64,000 bases of DNA from Candidatus Iainarchaeum sp. (GCA_026397015.1 JAPLVR010000003.1:276134-340133), one strand, 5' to 3'; shown: positions 1 through 8,896, counted from the first letter of the stretch. Made by a program: numbers and translations. The notes: generated by a model not told the origin, from the sequence alone.

Positions 1-1
1 G

Positions 2-112
2 GTTGAAGCGTCGGCGGAAGCGGCAAAAAAAATCGCGGAAAAGGGAAAATTTATTTTGTTAAAGGATTACATTGAAAAAGGGGAAACAAAAAACACTGTA
101 ATTGTAAAATAA
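2..112 (+). CDS. 3' end of a gene running off the left edge; probably ribosomal protein eL18 (L18e)
   Basis: Frame 2 is open from the window edge to TAA at 110-112 (...VEASAEAAKKIAEKGKFILLKDYIEKGETKNTVIVK*). It lies directly upstream of uL13-uS9-RpoN, where eL18 sits in the conserved archaeal cluster. Only 36 aa are visible. Confidence 0.4.
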   Translation, partial: VEASAEAAKKIAEKGKFILLKDYIEKGETKNTVIVK

Positions 113-163
113 AATGCGAACAAAAAATTTATTTGGAATGAATAAAAAAATTAAAAAAAGGTA

Positions 164-589
164 ATGGGAATGTTGGTTGATGCAAACGGAAGGATTGCGG
201 GAAGGCTTTCCACAAGAATAGCGAAAGCGCTGATAAACGGCGAGAAGGTAATACTGATTAATGCGGAAGGAGCGTTAATAATTGGAACAAAAGAGGACAT
301 CTTGGAAAAGTTCAGGAGAAAAATCGATGCAAGCGTGAAATCAAACCCTGACTACGGCCCGAAATACGACAGGATTCCGAGCAGGATGCTGAAGAAAATG
401 GTGAAGGGAATGCTGCCGAACAAAAGCAGAACCGTTGAAAGATTGCTGAAAAATTTGAAGGTTTATAATGCCGTGCCGAAAGAAATGAAGGACAAAAAAT
501 TTGACGATGTCGGAGCGGAAAAATATGACGAAAGGCATGATTTCATGACTCTTAAAGAAATTGCATGCATGTTCGGTGGAAGATGGTAA
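164..589 (+). CDS. rpl13: 50S ribosomal protein uL13
   Basis: 141 aa. VDANGRIAGRLSTRIAKALINGEKVILINAEGALIIG matches the uL13 N-terminal signature. Followed by uS9 as in the canonical operon. Confidence 0.9.
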   Translation: MGMLVDANGRIAGRLSTRIAKALINGEKVILINAEGALIIGTKEDILEKFRRKIDASVKSNPDYGPKYDRIPSRMLKKMVKGMLPNKSRTVERLLKNLKVYNAVPKEMKDKKFDDVGAEKYDERHDFMTLKEIACMFGGRW

Positions 590-1143
590 AAATGGAAGAA
601 GCGGTAAAGATGGAAGAAAAGAAAATCGTTGAAAGCGCAGGGGTGCCAGTGGGCGTGTTGATCGGGGCGCCTGTTGAAGAAACTATGGACATTGATGATT
701 TAGACGAAGTAATTGACGTGAAAAAAAAGGTCAAGGCTGCTTCAAAGAGGGCCGGAATGATTGTTAAGGCAAAGAAAAAAACAGCCGTTGCAAGGGGGGT
801 AATAAAAAAAGGAACCGGAAAAATAAAGGTAAACAAGATGAATCTGAAAGCATATGCGATGGGTTATGTGCTTGAATTTATTTCGGAGCCCCTGAAGCTT
901 GCGAAAGACGATTTTAAGGATTATGACATCACAATAACAGTAAAGGGTTCGGGATTCATGAGTCAGGCAGTTGCGATAAGGGCTTGCATAGCAAAGGCAA
1001 TCGTGAGGGCGAAGGGCAAAAAATACAAGGAAATATTCAACAATTTCGACAGAATGCTTCTTGTTGACGATGTGAGAAAGGTTGAGAGCAAAAAGCCGCT
1101 TGGAAGAAAAGCGAGGAAAAAGTGGCAGCACAGCAAAAGGTAA
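583..1143 (+). CDS. rps9: 30S ribosomal protein uS9 with an acidic N-terminal extension
   Basis: C-terminal 130 aa are typical uS9 (KKKTAVARGVIKKGTGKIKVN...GSGFMSQAVAIRACIAKAIV...LGRKARKKWQHSKR). ATG at 583 overlaps the uL13 stop; in-frame alternatives at 565 and 592. Confidence 0.88.
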   Translation: MVKMEEAVKMEEKKIVESAGVPVGVLIGAPVEETMDIDDLDEVIDVKKKVKAASKRAGMIVKAKKKTAVARGVIKKGTGKIKVNKMNLKAYAMGYVLEFISEPLKLAKDDFKDYDITITVKGSGFMSQAVAIRACIAKAIVRAKGKKYKEIFNNFDRMLLVDDVRKVESKKPLGRKARKKWQHSKR

Positions 1144-1202
1144 ATGGTGTTTTGGAAAATTGTGCGTTATTGGAAAAATTTGTTTTTTGAGGTGTTGGTT
1201 GG

Positions 1203-1397
1203 ATGATAATGCCGGTAAGATGTTTTTCATGCGGAAAACCCGTTGCGGGATTTTATGAGGAATTCAAAGAAAGAACTGAAAAAGGGGAAAGCCCTGAAAA
1301 AGTTCTTGACGATTTAAAGGTGAAAAGATATTGCTGCAGAAGGATGCTTCTGGGGCACGCGGACCTCATTGACGAAGTAATGAAATACAAAAAATAA
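1203..1397 (+). CDS. rpoN: DNA-directed RNA polymerase subunit N (Rpo10/Rpb10)
   Basis: 64 aa. [14 protein letters not shown]...[16 protein letters not shown] is the RpoN zinc-bundle signature. Confidence 0.9.
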   Translation: MIMPVRCFSCGKPVAGFYEEFKERTEKGESPEKVLDDLKVKRYCCRRMLLGHADLIDEVMKYKK

Positions 1398-1415
1398 GGA
1401 AAAACGTGAAAATGC

Positions 1416-2222
1416 ATGAAAAGAAAAACGGAAGAAGCGATTGAAAAGGAAAATTTGCGAAGGCGCGAGAGGGCAAAGGCGGAAGCAAATGCCAACCCCG
1501 ACGGGGAAGAAGCGATTAAAGAAGTGGATGAGGTGATCGTTGGAACGGCAAGCAATCTGTTGGCAGAAACAGAAAAATATTTGAAGAGCGGAGTTCACAT
1601 AGGCACGAAATTCAAAAGCGATGAGATGAAGAGGTACATAAGGAAAAAAAGAAGCGACGGCCTGATGATGTTTGACATCGAAACAATCGATAAGAGAATA
1701 AGAATGGTTGGAAAAATACTTGCAAAGTACAGGGGAGAAGAAATTGCAGTTGTTTCAAGAAGGCTTTACGGGCACAAAGCGCTGAAAAAGTTTGCCGCGA
1801 TGACGGGCGCAAAAATATTCATTTCAAGGTTCATTCCGGGCACATTTACCAATCCGAATTCACGCGGATTCTTTGAACCGAAAATAATTATGGTTTGCGA
1901 CCCGATGAGCGATTTCCAGGCGGTAAAGGAAGCTGCTTCAATAAGAATCCCTATAATAGCGATTGCAGGAAGCGAATCGCCGCTTAAAAATGTCGATTTG
2001 ATAATAGCCGCAAACAACAAGGGAAGAAAATCTTTGGCATTAATATTCTACCTGATTACACGGGAAATCCTGGCCGAGAGGGGGGAAATTTCAAGAGAAA
2101 ATTTTAAGGAAAAAATAGAGGATTTCGAGCAGGAAGTGGAGGAAAAAAAACTCGAAGAGGCCAAGAAAAAATTTACAACAAGGCGCTTCAGCAGGGGCGG
2201 CTTTAGGCGCCAAAACCGATAA
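1416..2222 (+). CDS. rps2: 30S ribosomal protein uS2 with charged N- and C-terminal extensions
   Basis: LLAETEKYLKSGVHIGTKFKSDEMKRYI...FISRFIPGTFTNPNS...MVCDPMSDFQAVKEA is typical archaeal uS2. C-terminal tail EEKKLEEAKKKFTTRRFSRGGFRRQNR. Confidence 0.9.
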   Translation: MKRKTEEAIEKENLRRRERAKAEANANPDGEEAIKEVDEVIVGTASNLLAETEKYLKSGVHIGTKFKSDEMKRYIRKKRSDGLMMFDIETIDKRIRMVGKILAKYRGEEIAVVSRRLYGHKALKKFAAMTGAKIFISRFIPGTFTNPNSRGFFEPKIIMVCDPMSDFQAVKEAASIRIPIIAIAGSESPLKNVDLIIAANNKGRKSLALIFYLITREILAERGEISRENFKEKIEDFEQEVEEKKLEEAKKKFTTRRFSRGGFRRQNR

Positions 2223-2318
2223 AAGAAGTGGTTAAAACCGCTTTAAATCACTCTTTAACATGCCCAAATTGTTTGTGAAGGAATACTACCGAGAGTAAGT
2301 TTATAAACCAATTAAGCT

Positions 2319-2332
2319 CCCTATATATAGGG
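2319..2332. promoter_or_regulatory. Perfect 14-bp palindrome CCCTATATATAGGG containing a TATA-box-like core, upstream of the TrmB-family gene
   Basis: Read directly from the sequence. TATATATA at 2322-2329 ends 27 nt before ATG 2356, which would fit a leaderless or very short-leader archaeal transcript. A second TATA-like TTTATAAA lies at 2300-2307. Confidence 0.4.
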
Positions 2333-2355
2333 AATAAGTGAATACAGTGGGCGAT

Positions 2356-3096
2356 ATGGGCGAAACTGATCCGAACACTCTGCTGGAGAAGCTCGGGCTT
2401 ACGGAATACGAGGCAAGGACTGTAAGCACGCTATTCAAGCTTAAGGAAGCGGAAGCGCCGGCTATTTCAAGAAGCGCACAGGTTCCAAAAACCAGGGTTT
2501 ACGATGTCTTGGAAAAACTTATTGAAAGAAATATTATAATCGAAATAAAGGGCAGGCCAAAACTTTACAGAATCATTGAACCGGAAAAAGCAATCGATTC
2601 GCTGATAACTGCAAAAAAGGAACAATTGAGAGAACTTGAAAAAGACGCCGTTTCCTTGAAAGAAAGCATCATTACCTATCCGGACAAAGACGAATTCGGG
2701 GAAAAAATGATGAAGGTCAAGGACAAACAGGACTTCGAAAAAATATTGGGGCAGGAACTTTCAAAAGCGAACAAAACCATACAAGGACTTACGGAAATCA
2801 CTGATGACCACGACATAATATACGAAGAGCTGGTGAAAGCGAAAAAAAGAAATGTTACAATAAAACTCTTGAACGCATACCAGTCAAAGAGGCTTAAGGA
2901 CTGCTGTAAAGTCAGGCATCTTGAACACGGGCTTAATGCATTTATAATCGACGGAAAAAAAGTCGTGCTTGCAATTTCGGATTTCAAAAAGTCGAAGCCG
3001 GCGTACCATTTCACAATCCTGAACGACCATCAGCCGGTGGCAAACGCGCTCTCGCATTATTTCAACGCGCAATGGGAAAGCGGAAAAGAATACTGA
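2356..3096 (+). CDS. TrmB-family winged-helix transcriptional regulator
   Basis: N-terminus LLEKLGLTEYEARTVSTLFKLKEAEAPAISRSAQVPKTRVYDVLEKLIERNII matches the TrmB HTH. The track ORF starts at GTG 2338; ATG 2356 is preferred because of the TATA spacing. Confidence 0.75.
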   Translation: MGETDPNTLLEKLGLTEYEARTVSTLFKLKEAEAPAISRSAQVPKTRVYDVLEKLIERNIIIEIKGRPKLYRIIEPEKAIDSLITAKKEQLRELEKDAVSLKESIITYPDKDEFGEKMMKVKDKQDFEKILGQELSKANKTIQGLTEITDDHDIIYEELVKAKKRNVTIKLLNAYQSKRLKDCCKVRHLEHGLNAFIIDGKKVVLAISDFKKSKPAYHFTILNDHQPVANALSHYFNAQWESGKEY

Positions 3097-3218
3097 TTTT
3101 CATTTCGACTTCCAAGCTCGCCGACACAAAAGAATAAAATAACTCCCCCACTTCCTTCTTTTAAGGGTACAAATCCCAATAACGCTTGGGCGCTGCAAAC
3201 CCGGAAGCGGTGCGGAAG

Positions 3219-4886
3219 ATGGAAAAAGTAAGGGCAATGGCGCTGAAGTACGCCATCAAGAACGCCTATTCCCATGGGGGAAAGGCGGATGTCGGCGCGG
3301 TAATAGGAAAAATGAAGGCGCTTTTCCCCGACCTTGATATTGCGAAAGCTATGCCTCACATAAGCGGAGCGGTGAAAGAGGCAAACGAAATGAAAAAAGA
3401 ACAGCTCGAAAAAAAGTTTTTGGAGTTTGAAAAAGAAGGGTGGGAGCTAAAACACGTTGAAAAGGAAAAAACGCTTCCCGAATTAGAGTGGATCGGAAAA
3501 GAAAAATTGGTCACAAGGGTTGCGCCGAACCCGAGCGGAGCGATGCACCTCGGCCATGCAAGGCCGGCAATTCTAACGGATGAATATGTGAAAAAGTACG
3601 GCGGAAAATATATTCTCAGGTTTGATGACACCGACCCGAAAATAAAGGTGCCTGTCGCGGGAATCGAAAAAGAGTTTTTGGGGGAATTTAGGTGGCTGGG
3701 AATAAAAATTGATGAAACTGCGAATGCGTCCGACAACTTGAAAGAATATTACAATGTTGTCGAAGAGCTAATCAAAAAAGGAAAAGCCTATGTCTGTTTT
3801 TGCGAAGCTGAAGAATGGAGAAAACTAATCTCAAAATCAAAGGAATGCCCCTGCAGAAAAAAGGATGAAAAGGAACAGATGGAAGAATGGAAGAAAATGC
3901 TAACGCACGAAATCAAAGAAGGCGAAGCCGTTGTAAGGATAAAAACTGACTTGAAAAACAAGGACCCGAGCGTAAGGGACTGGTGGCTGGCAAAAGTTGT
4001 TGATGCGGTGGAGCATCCGAACAGGGAAGCCGCGAAAATGCACGTGTGGCCGAGCTACAACCTTGCATCCTCGGTTGACGACCATCGGATGGAAATAAAT
4101 TTCATAATAAGGGGGCAGGAGCACGCGCAAAATGAAACAAAACAACGCTACTTATACGAATACATGAAATGGAAGTATCCTCACGCGCTCTACCACGGGA
4201 AGCTCGCGAAGGTCGGGGACATGCTCTTGAGCAAGAGCAAAATAAGCGAACTGATGAAAAAAGGGAGCATCACTTCGGATGACGACCCGCGGCTGGCAAC
4301 GCTAAAAGCGTTAAGGAGAAGGGGTTTTACCCCGCAGGCGATTAGGAAAATAATTGTTGATATGGGCGTGAATCCGAGCGAGGCGAAGGTTTCGATGGAA
4401 AACTTTGCGGCGGCAAACAAATCTGTGCTCGGGAATGTTGCAGAATTTCCTTTTTTTGAAGAAGCGGTTGAAGTAGAAGCGTATAACGTTGGGAACGGCG
4501 CAGGGGAATGCTACGGAGAAAAAATCGAATTTGAGGGGCCAATTGAAAAATTTTTGGTGGACAAAAAGGAACTGAAAAGGCACAAAGCCGGAGAAATTAT
4601 CAGGTTCAAGAAGGCTTTCAATGTTAAGCTGGACGAGGTTTCGGAATATGGAGGAAAAGCAACATTCTCTTCCTACTCAAAAGCGGATGCGAATTATCCA
4701 ATCGTTTCATGGCTTGAGAACCAGGTTGATGTTGAACTTTTAATGAGCGATGGAACTAAGAAAATGGGTTTCACTGCGCCGAGCATTTTGGAAGCGAGTG
4801 GAGTAATCCACTTTGAAGGCGTAGGGTACGCGAATATTGAAGCGAAATCGGAAGGAATGGTTAAGTGCGTTTTTAGTTACGAATAA
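3219..4886 (+). CDS. gltX: Glutamyl-tRNA synthetase (archaeal type)
   Basis: Class I signatures are present: APNPSGAMHLGHARPA (HIGH) and MLLSKSK (KMSKS), plus RFDDTDP. The track ORF starts at TTG 3186; the first ATG is at 3219. Confidence 0.9.
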   Translation: MEKVRAMALKYAIKNAYSHGGKADVGAVIGKMKALFPDLDIAKAMPHISGAVKEANEMKKEQLEKKFLEFEKEGWELKHVEKEKTLPELEWIGKEKLVTRVAPNPSGAMHLGHARPAILTDEYVKKYGGKYILRFDDTDPKIKVPVAGIEKEFLGEFRWLGIKIDETANASDNLKEYYNVVEELIKKGKAYVCFCEAEEWRKLISKSKECPCRKKDEKEQMEEWKKMLTHEIKEGEAVVRIKTDLKNKDPSVRDWWLAKVVDAVEHPNREAAKMHVWPSYNLASSVDDHRMEINFIIRGQEHAQNETKQRYLYEYMKWKYPHALYHGKLAKVGDMLLSKSKISELMKKGSITSDDDPRLATLKALRRRGFTPQAIRKIIVDMGVNPSEAKVSMENFAAANKSVLGNVAEFPFFEEAVEVEAYNVGNGAGECYGEKIEFEGPIEKFLVDKKELKRHKAGEIIRFKKAFNVKLDEVSEYGGKATFSSYSKADANYPIVSWLENQVDVELLMSDGTKKMGFTAPSILEASGVIHFEGVGYANIEAKSEGMVKCVFSYE

Positions 4887-4915
4887 TAAAAATATCTCAG
4901 AGTTTTTTGAACAGG
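4882..4915. repeat. Left copy of an imperfect direct repeat bracketing the CAP-domain gene (gltX stop plus 3' flank)
   Basis: AATAATAAAAATATCTCAGAGTTTTTTGAACAGG here versus AATAATAAAAAAACTCTTTTTTTGGAACAGG at 5425-5455. Both begin at or within a stop codon (gltX TAA 4884-4886; CAP gene TAA 5423-5425). Confidence 0.5.
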
Positions 4916-5002
4916 GAATATAAAACTGCACAAATTTAATTAAAGTTTAAAAAATTTTTTCAAATAGAATATTCTAAATCCATAAATCGGTGTGAATAAT
5001 AA

Positions 5003-5425
5003 ATGCAAACCGCCTATAAAGTACACAAATTAATTAATCGCGAACGGAAAAAGCGTGGTTTGCATCATTTGCAATGGGATAGGAGGCTTGCAAAATTAGC
5101 CTTCAGACAAGCCAAATATTGTTCCAAAGTTCATCGGCTAGTACATTCTAAACGCTATGCTTTTCAGGGGGGAGAGAATCTAGCACTGGGCGGGAGACAT
5201 TTTAATCCAAAGGCCATTGTAACTTGTTGGATGCATAGTAAAGCTGGCCATAGAGAGTATCTATTAAGTCCTCGAGCAACAAAGGCTGGCGTGGGAGTAG
5301 TAAAATCCCGCAAAAAGACGTATGTAGCATGGGCGTTTAGTGATGAATTCACTATCGAGTCCTTACACATTCCAAGAAAAATTAGAAAACTAATTCAGGG
5401 ATTCGCAACTTTTCTTAATAGATAA
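5003..5425 (+). CDS. CAP/SCP/PR-1 (YkwD-like) domain protein without a signal peptide
   Basis: 140 aa. INRERKKRGLHHLQWDRRLAKLAFRQAKYC...GENLA...WMHSKAGHREYLLSPRATKAGVGV follows the CAP-domain pattern. Codon choice (cat, tta, cta, gta, gct, cca) differs from neighbouring genes, which use many gcg/ccg/acg codons. Confidence 0.65.
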   Translation: MQTAYKVHKLINRERKKRGLHHLQWDRRLAKLAFRQAKYCSKVHRLVHSKRYAFQGGENLALGGRHFNPKAIVTCWMHSKAGHREYLLSPRATKAGVGVVKSRKKTYVAWAFSDEFTIESLHIPRKIRKLIQGFATFLNR

Positions 5426-5455
5426 ATAATAAAAAAACTCTTTTTTTGGAACAGG
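5425..5455. repeat. Right copy of the direct repeat bracketing the CAP-domain gene
   Basis: See the 4882-4915 entry. About 24 of 31 positions align, allowing two small indels (hand alignment). Confidence 0.5.
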
Positions 5456-5639
5456 TGCTCCGCTTTTTAAAACTTTCTGGGGCAAGGGTTTACTGCAGAA
5501 TGGCTAGTTTCTGCCAATGAAACTGATGTCAAAGCAGTTGATTGTGCCGAACGAATGTGAGGCAAGCTGTATCGAGCCCAAAGGCGAAGATACTGCCCGC
5601 ATGTCAACTGGGCGCGACAGTTGAAGTGGAGGTGTTTTA

Positions 5640-5999
5640 ATGGCGGGATATGTAAAGGTTGAGCTTACAGCGGAGCTTAAAAAAGAAGTCGCTGACCTTT
5701 TGGACAAATCAAAGAAGGGAAAAATAAAAGCGGGAATCAACGAAGTGACTAAGGCAATTGAGAGGGGTAACGCGAAATTCGTGGTAATAGCGGAGGACGT
5801 AAGCCCTGCGGAAATAGTAATGCACTTGCCTTTGCTTTGCAACGAAAAGCAGGTTCCGTGCGCGTACATTGCAACCAAGAAAGAACTCGGAGAAAAATCG
5901 GGCATGAATGTGCCGACTTCTTCAGTTGCGATAATAAAATCGCCTGTTGAAAAGGAGCTCCAGAATCTTGGAAGCAAAATCGCGGAGCTGAAGAAGTAA
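5640..5999 (+). CDS. rpl7ae: 50S ribosomal protein L7Ae (eL8), K-turn binding
   Basis: 119 aa. GINEVTKAIERGNAKFVVIAEDVSPAEIVMHLPLLCNEKQVPCAYIATKKELG is canonical L7Ae. SD GGAGGTG lies at 5629-5635. Confidence 0.92.
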   Translation: MAGYVKVELTAELKKEVADLLDKSKKGKIKAGINEVTKAIERGNAKFVVIAEDVSPAEIVMHLPLLCNEKQVPCAYIATKKELGEKSGMNVPTSSVAIIKSPVEKELQNLGSKIAELKK

Positions 6000-6022
6000 A
6001 CTTTGCGGAAGGGGAATAAAAA

Positions 6023-6229
6023 ATGGAAGATGAAAGGGGAACTCCTGCAGAGGTAGTTGAAATAGTAAAGAGAACCGGCGTTCACGGAGAGGTAACGCAG
6101 CTTCTGTGCAAAATACTTGAGGGACCGGAACAGGGAAGGGTAAAACGAAGGAACATCAAGGGGTTGGTGCAGAAGGGCGACATATTAATCCTGCTGAACA
6201 CGGAAAGGGAAGCAAAAGAAATCAAGTAG
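6023..6229 (+). CDS. rps28e: 30S ribosomal protein eS28
   Basis: 68 aa. [61 protein letters not shown]. Confidence 0.9.
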   Translation: MEDERGTPAEVVEIVKRTGVHGEVTQLLCKILEGPEQGRVKRRNIKGLVQKGDILILLNTEREAKEIK

Positions 6230-6238
6230 GTGATATGA

Positions 6239-6487
6239 ATGGTGAAATGCGCATTTTGCGGCGAGGATTTGCCGCTCGGCGGGGGAAAAATGTACGTCAA
6301 AAAAGAAGGGGCGGTTTTTTACTTCTGCTCGAGCAAGTGCGAAAAAAACCAAATCGGCTTGGGAAGAAAACCTGCAAAAACCGATTGGACGGAAGAGCAC
6401 TACAAGTTGAAAAAAATTTCCGCACCTGAAAGAAAGCAGGCAAAGGAAGAAGGCGGCGGGAAAAAAAAAGATGAAAATGTTGTCTGA
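6239..6487 (+). CDS. rpl24e: 50S ribosomal protein eL24
   Basis: 82 aa. MVKCAFCGEDLPLGGGKMYVKKEGAVFYFCSSKCEKN is the eL24 zinc-ribbon signature. Confidence 0.9.
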   Translation: MVKCAFCGEDLPLGGGKMYVKKEGAVFYFCSSKCEKNQIGLGRKPAKTDWTEEHYKLKKISAPERKQAKEEGGGKKKDENVV

Positions 6488-6607
6488 ATCCGGAAATTTT
6501 TTTCAAATAAAAAATTAAAAAATCGCCTAAAAAGAAGCGATAAGAAAAATGAAAAGCGGTGAAAGGAAATAGCTGTGAGAGTAATTGCAAAAACGGTTGT
6601 GATTGAA

Positions 6608-8371
6608 ATGATAAGGCAGCCGATAATAACTGTGTTGGGTCATGTCGACCATGGAAAAACGAGCCTCCTTGACGCGATAAGGAACACGGCGGTGGCTTCG
6701 AGGGAGGCGGGGGCGATAACGCAACACATAGGCGCAACGGAAGTTCCATTAAAGGCAATAATGAAAACTGCCGGTCCGCTCATAAAAAAATTTGGATTCG
6801 ATTTGAAAATTCCGGGGCTGCTTTTTGTAGATACCCCGGGGCACGAGGCATTTACAAACCTGCGAAAACGCGGAGGAAAAATTGCGGATTTGGCGGTACT
6901 AACGATTGATGCCACGCAGGGGCTGCAGAAACAAACAATCGAAGCAATCGAAATTCTGCGGGAATACAAGGTTCCTTTCATAATTGCGATGAACAAAATC
7001 GATTTGCTGAATTTTTATTCCTCAAAAGAAGGAAGTTTTTTGGAAAATTTTTCAACCCAAAACGAGAACACGAAAAAACTTATGGAAGAAAAGCTTTACA
7101 CCCTCGTCGGACAACTGTACAAGCACGGGTTCGAGGGCGAAAGGTTCGACAGGTGCGAATTCGGAAAACAAATACCAATCGTGCCGTGTTCGGCGGAAAC
7201 AAAGGAAGGGATTCCTGAAATCCTGACTCTGCTTGCCGGGCTTTCACAAAAGTATTTGGCAAAACAGCTGGAAATAAGCGAAGGTGAGAGGGGAGAGGCG
7301 GCGGTGCTGGAAGAGAAAGAAGAGAAGGGGCTTGGAAAAACAATCGATGTTATTCTTTACAAGGGAACGCTAAGCGTGAATGACCCGATTGCTGTTGTAG
7401 GAAAAAACGGGGTAATTGAAACCAAGATAAGGGCACTGCTGCAGCCAAAACCGTTGCAGGAAATAAGGAACACTAACGAAAAATTTAACTCCGTGAAAAA
7501 GGTTTTCGCCGCAACAGGGGTAAAAATTGCCGCGCCAAATCTTGAAGGAATTGTTGCTGGAACAACGCTTCTTGTCGAGGCGACTGGAAACGAAAAACGG
7601 GAACTGGAAAACGAAATGGAAAGCATAAAGATTGATTCCACGAACAAGGGAATAATTTTAAAGGCGGACGCGATAGGGTCTCTTGAAGCGCTCATCGGGC
7701 TTTTGAAAAAAGAGGGAATACCGATAAGAAAAGCCGATATCGGAAATGTAAACAGAAAAGATGTGATGGAAGCGTCGTCTCTTTTGGAAGAAGAAAAAAC
7801 GCTTGCATGCATTCTGGCTTTCAATGTCGAAGTGGAAAAAGAAGCCGGAAAAGAAGCGGAAAAAAATGGGGTTCAGCTTTTCGATGAGAAGGTGATTTAC
7901 AAACTTTTGGATGATTACAAGGAATGGTCCGAGAAAACGAAACGCGCTGCAAAGGAGCAAAAGCTTTCCTGCCTAGTGATGCCCGTTGAGTTCGAAGTGC
8001 TGCGCGGAAACATTTTCAGGAACACGAAGCCGGCAATCGTCGGAGTAAAAATTCTTGGCGGAAAACTGCGCGAAGGCTGGAAGGTCATGAACAAAGAGGG
8101 AAAAATAATCGGCAAGGTAGAAGGAATGCAAAAAAATTCAAAAAGCGTAAAGGAAGGAGCCAAGGGGGATGAGATAGCGGTGTCAATAAGAGGCGCCAAT
8201 GTCGGAAGAAATCTTTTCGAAGGCGACCACCTATTCTCATGCATACCTGAAAGCCATTACTGTGAATTGCAGTGCTGCCTGGAAGATCTTTCGGAAGAGG
8301 AAAAATCCCTGCTTGAAAAAATAAAAGAAAAACAATTAAACTTAGGACAAAATAAGGAGGAAGCAGCATGA
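6608..8371 (+). CDS. infB: Translation initiation factor aIF5B (IF-2 type GTPase)
   Basis: IRQPIITVLGHVDHGKTSLLDAIR, DTPGHEAF and NKID G-motifs, with typical length. The track ORF starts at GTG 6575; ATG 6608 gives the usual N-terminus. Confidence 0.9.
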   Translation: MIRQPIITVLGHVDHGKTSLLDAIRNTAVASREAGAITQHIGATEVPLKAIMKTAGPLIKKFGFDLKIPGLLFVDTPGHEAFTNLRKRGGKIADLAVLTIDATQGLQKQTIEAIEILREYKVPFIIAMNKIDLLNFYSSKEGSFLENFSTQNENTKKLMEEKLYTLVGQLYKHGFEGERFDRCEFGKQIPIVPCSAETKEGIPEILTLLAGLSQKYLAKQLEISEGERGEAAVLEEKEEKGLGKTIDVILYKGTLSVNDPIAVVGKNGVIETKIRALLQPKPLQEIRNTNEKFNSVKKVFAATGVKIAAPNLEGIVAGTTLLVEATGNEKRELENEMESIKIDSTNKGIILKADAIGSLEALIGLLKKEGIPIRKADIGNVNRKDVMEASSLLEEEKTLACILAFNVEVEKEAGKEAEKNGVQLFDEKVIYKLLDDYKEWSEKTKRAAKEQKLSCLVMPVEFEVLRGNIFRNTKPAIVGVKILGGKLREGWKVMNKEGKIIGKVEGMQKNSKSVKEGAKGDEIAVSIRGANVGRNLFEGDHLFSCIPESHYCELQCCLEDLSEEEKSLLEKIKEKQLNLGQNKEEAA

Positions 8372-8844
8372 AATTCGTTGTAAGCGAGCCAAAAACGAGA
8401 AAGGCATACAGCATGAACTCGGACAAAATAACTTTTGCCGGAAAAAAAATCGGCGAAGTGATAAAATTGGACGAGGTCGGGCTGCCCGGCTATGAAGGAA
8501 AAATAACCGGCGGAAGCGACAAACAGGGATTCCCGATGAACAAATCCGTTCAAGGGGCCATGAGAAAAAAAATATTCACAGGAAACGGAGTAGGCTTCAA
8601 TGCCGAAAGAAAAGGCGAGCGAAAAAGGGTTTCAGTGAGGGGCAACACAGTAAGCGAAGAAACTGCACAGGTAAATCTAGTGGTGACAAAAGTTGGCTCT
8701 GTTGAACTGGACAAAATTCTGGCAAAGGGCGCTCCAAAAGAAGAGGATACACTAACTGCAAAAGAAAGGGCTGTAAAAACAAGCCTCGAAATGGCCGGCA
8801 GTGCTGAACTCGGAGCCGCACCGAAAAAAACAGGCAGGCACTAA
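8368..8844 (+). CDS. rps6e: 30S ribosomal protein eS6
   Basis: MKFVVSEPKTRKAY...GYEGKITGGSDKQGFPM...GERKRVSVRGNTVSEETAQVNLVV. ATGA overlap with aIF5B. Confidence 0.9.
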   Translation: MKFVVSEPKTRKAYSMNSDKITFAGKKIGEVIKLDEVGLPGYEGKITGGSDKQGFPMNKSVQGAMRKKIFTGNGVGFNAERKGERKRVSVRGNTVSEETAQVNLVVTKVGSVELDKILAKGAPKEEDTLTAKERAVKTSLEMAGSAELGAAPKKTGRH

Positions 8845-8896
8845 AAATAGTTCGAAAGAATTTGGGTTTGTTTTCGCGCTTCAGCGCTTGAAAACG

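Noticed and set aside
5518-5625. 35-codon ORF (MKLMSKQLIVPNECEASCIEPKGEDTARMSTGRDS*) in the rpl7ae leader.
   Set aside because: It has no SD, no recognisable family, and overlaps the hairpins. The region is treated as a possible regulatory RNA instead (see findings). Conservation of the reading frame in relatives would revive it.
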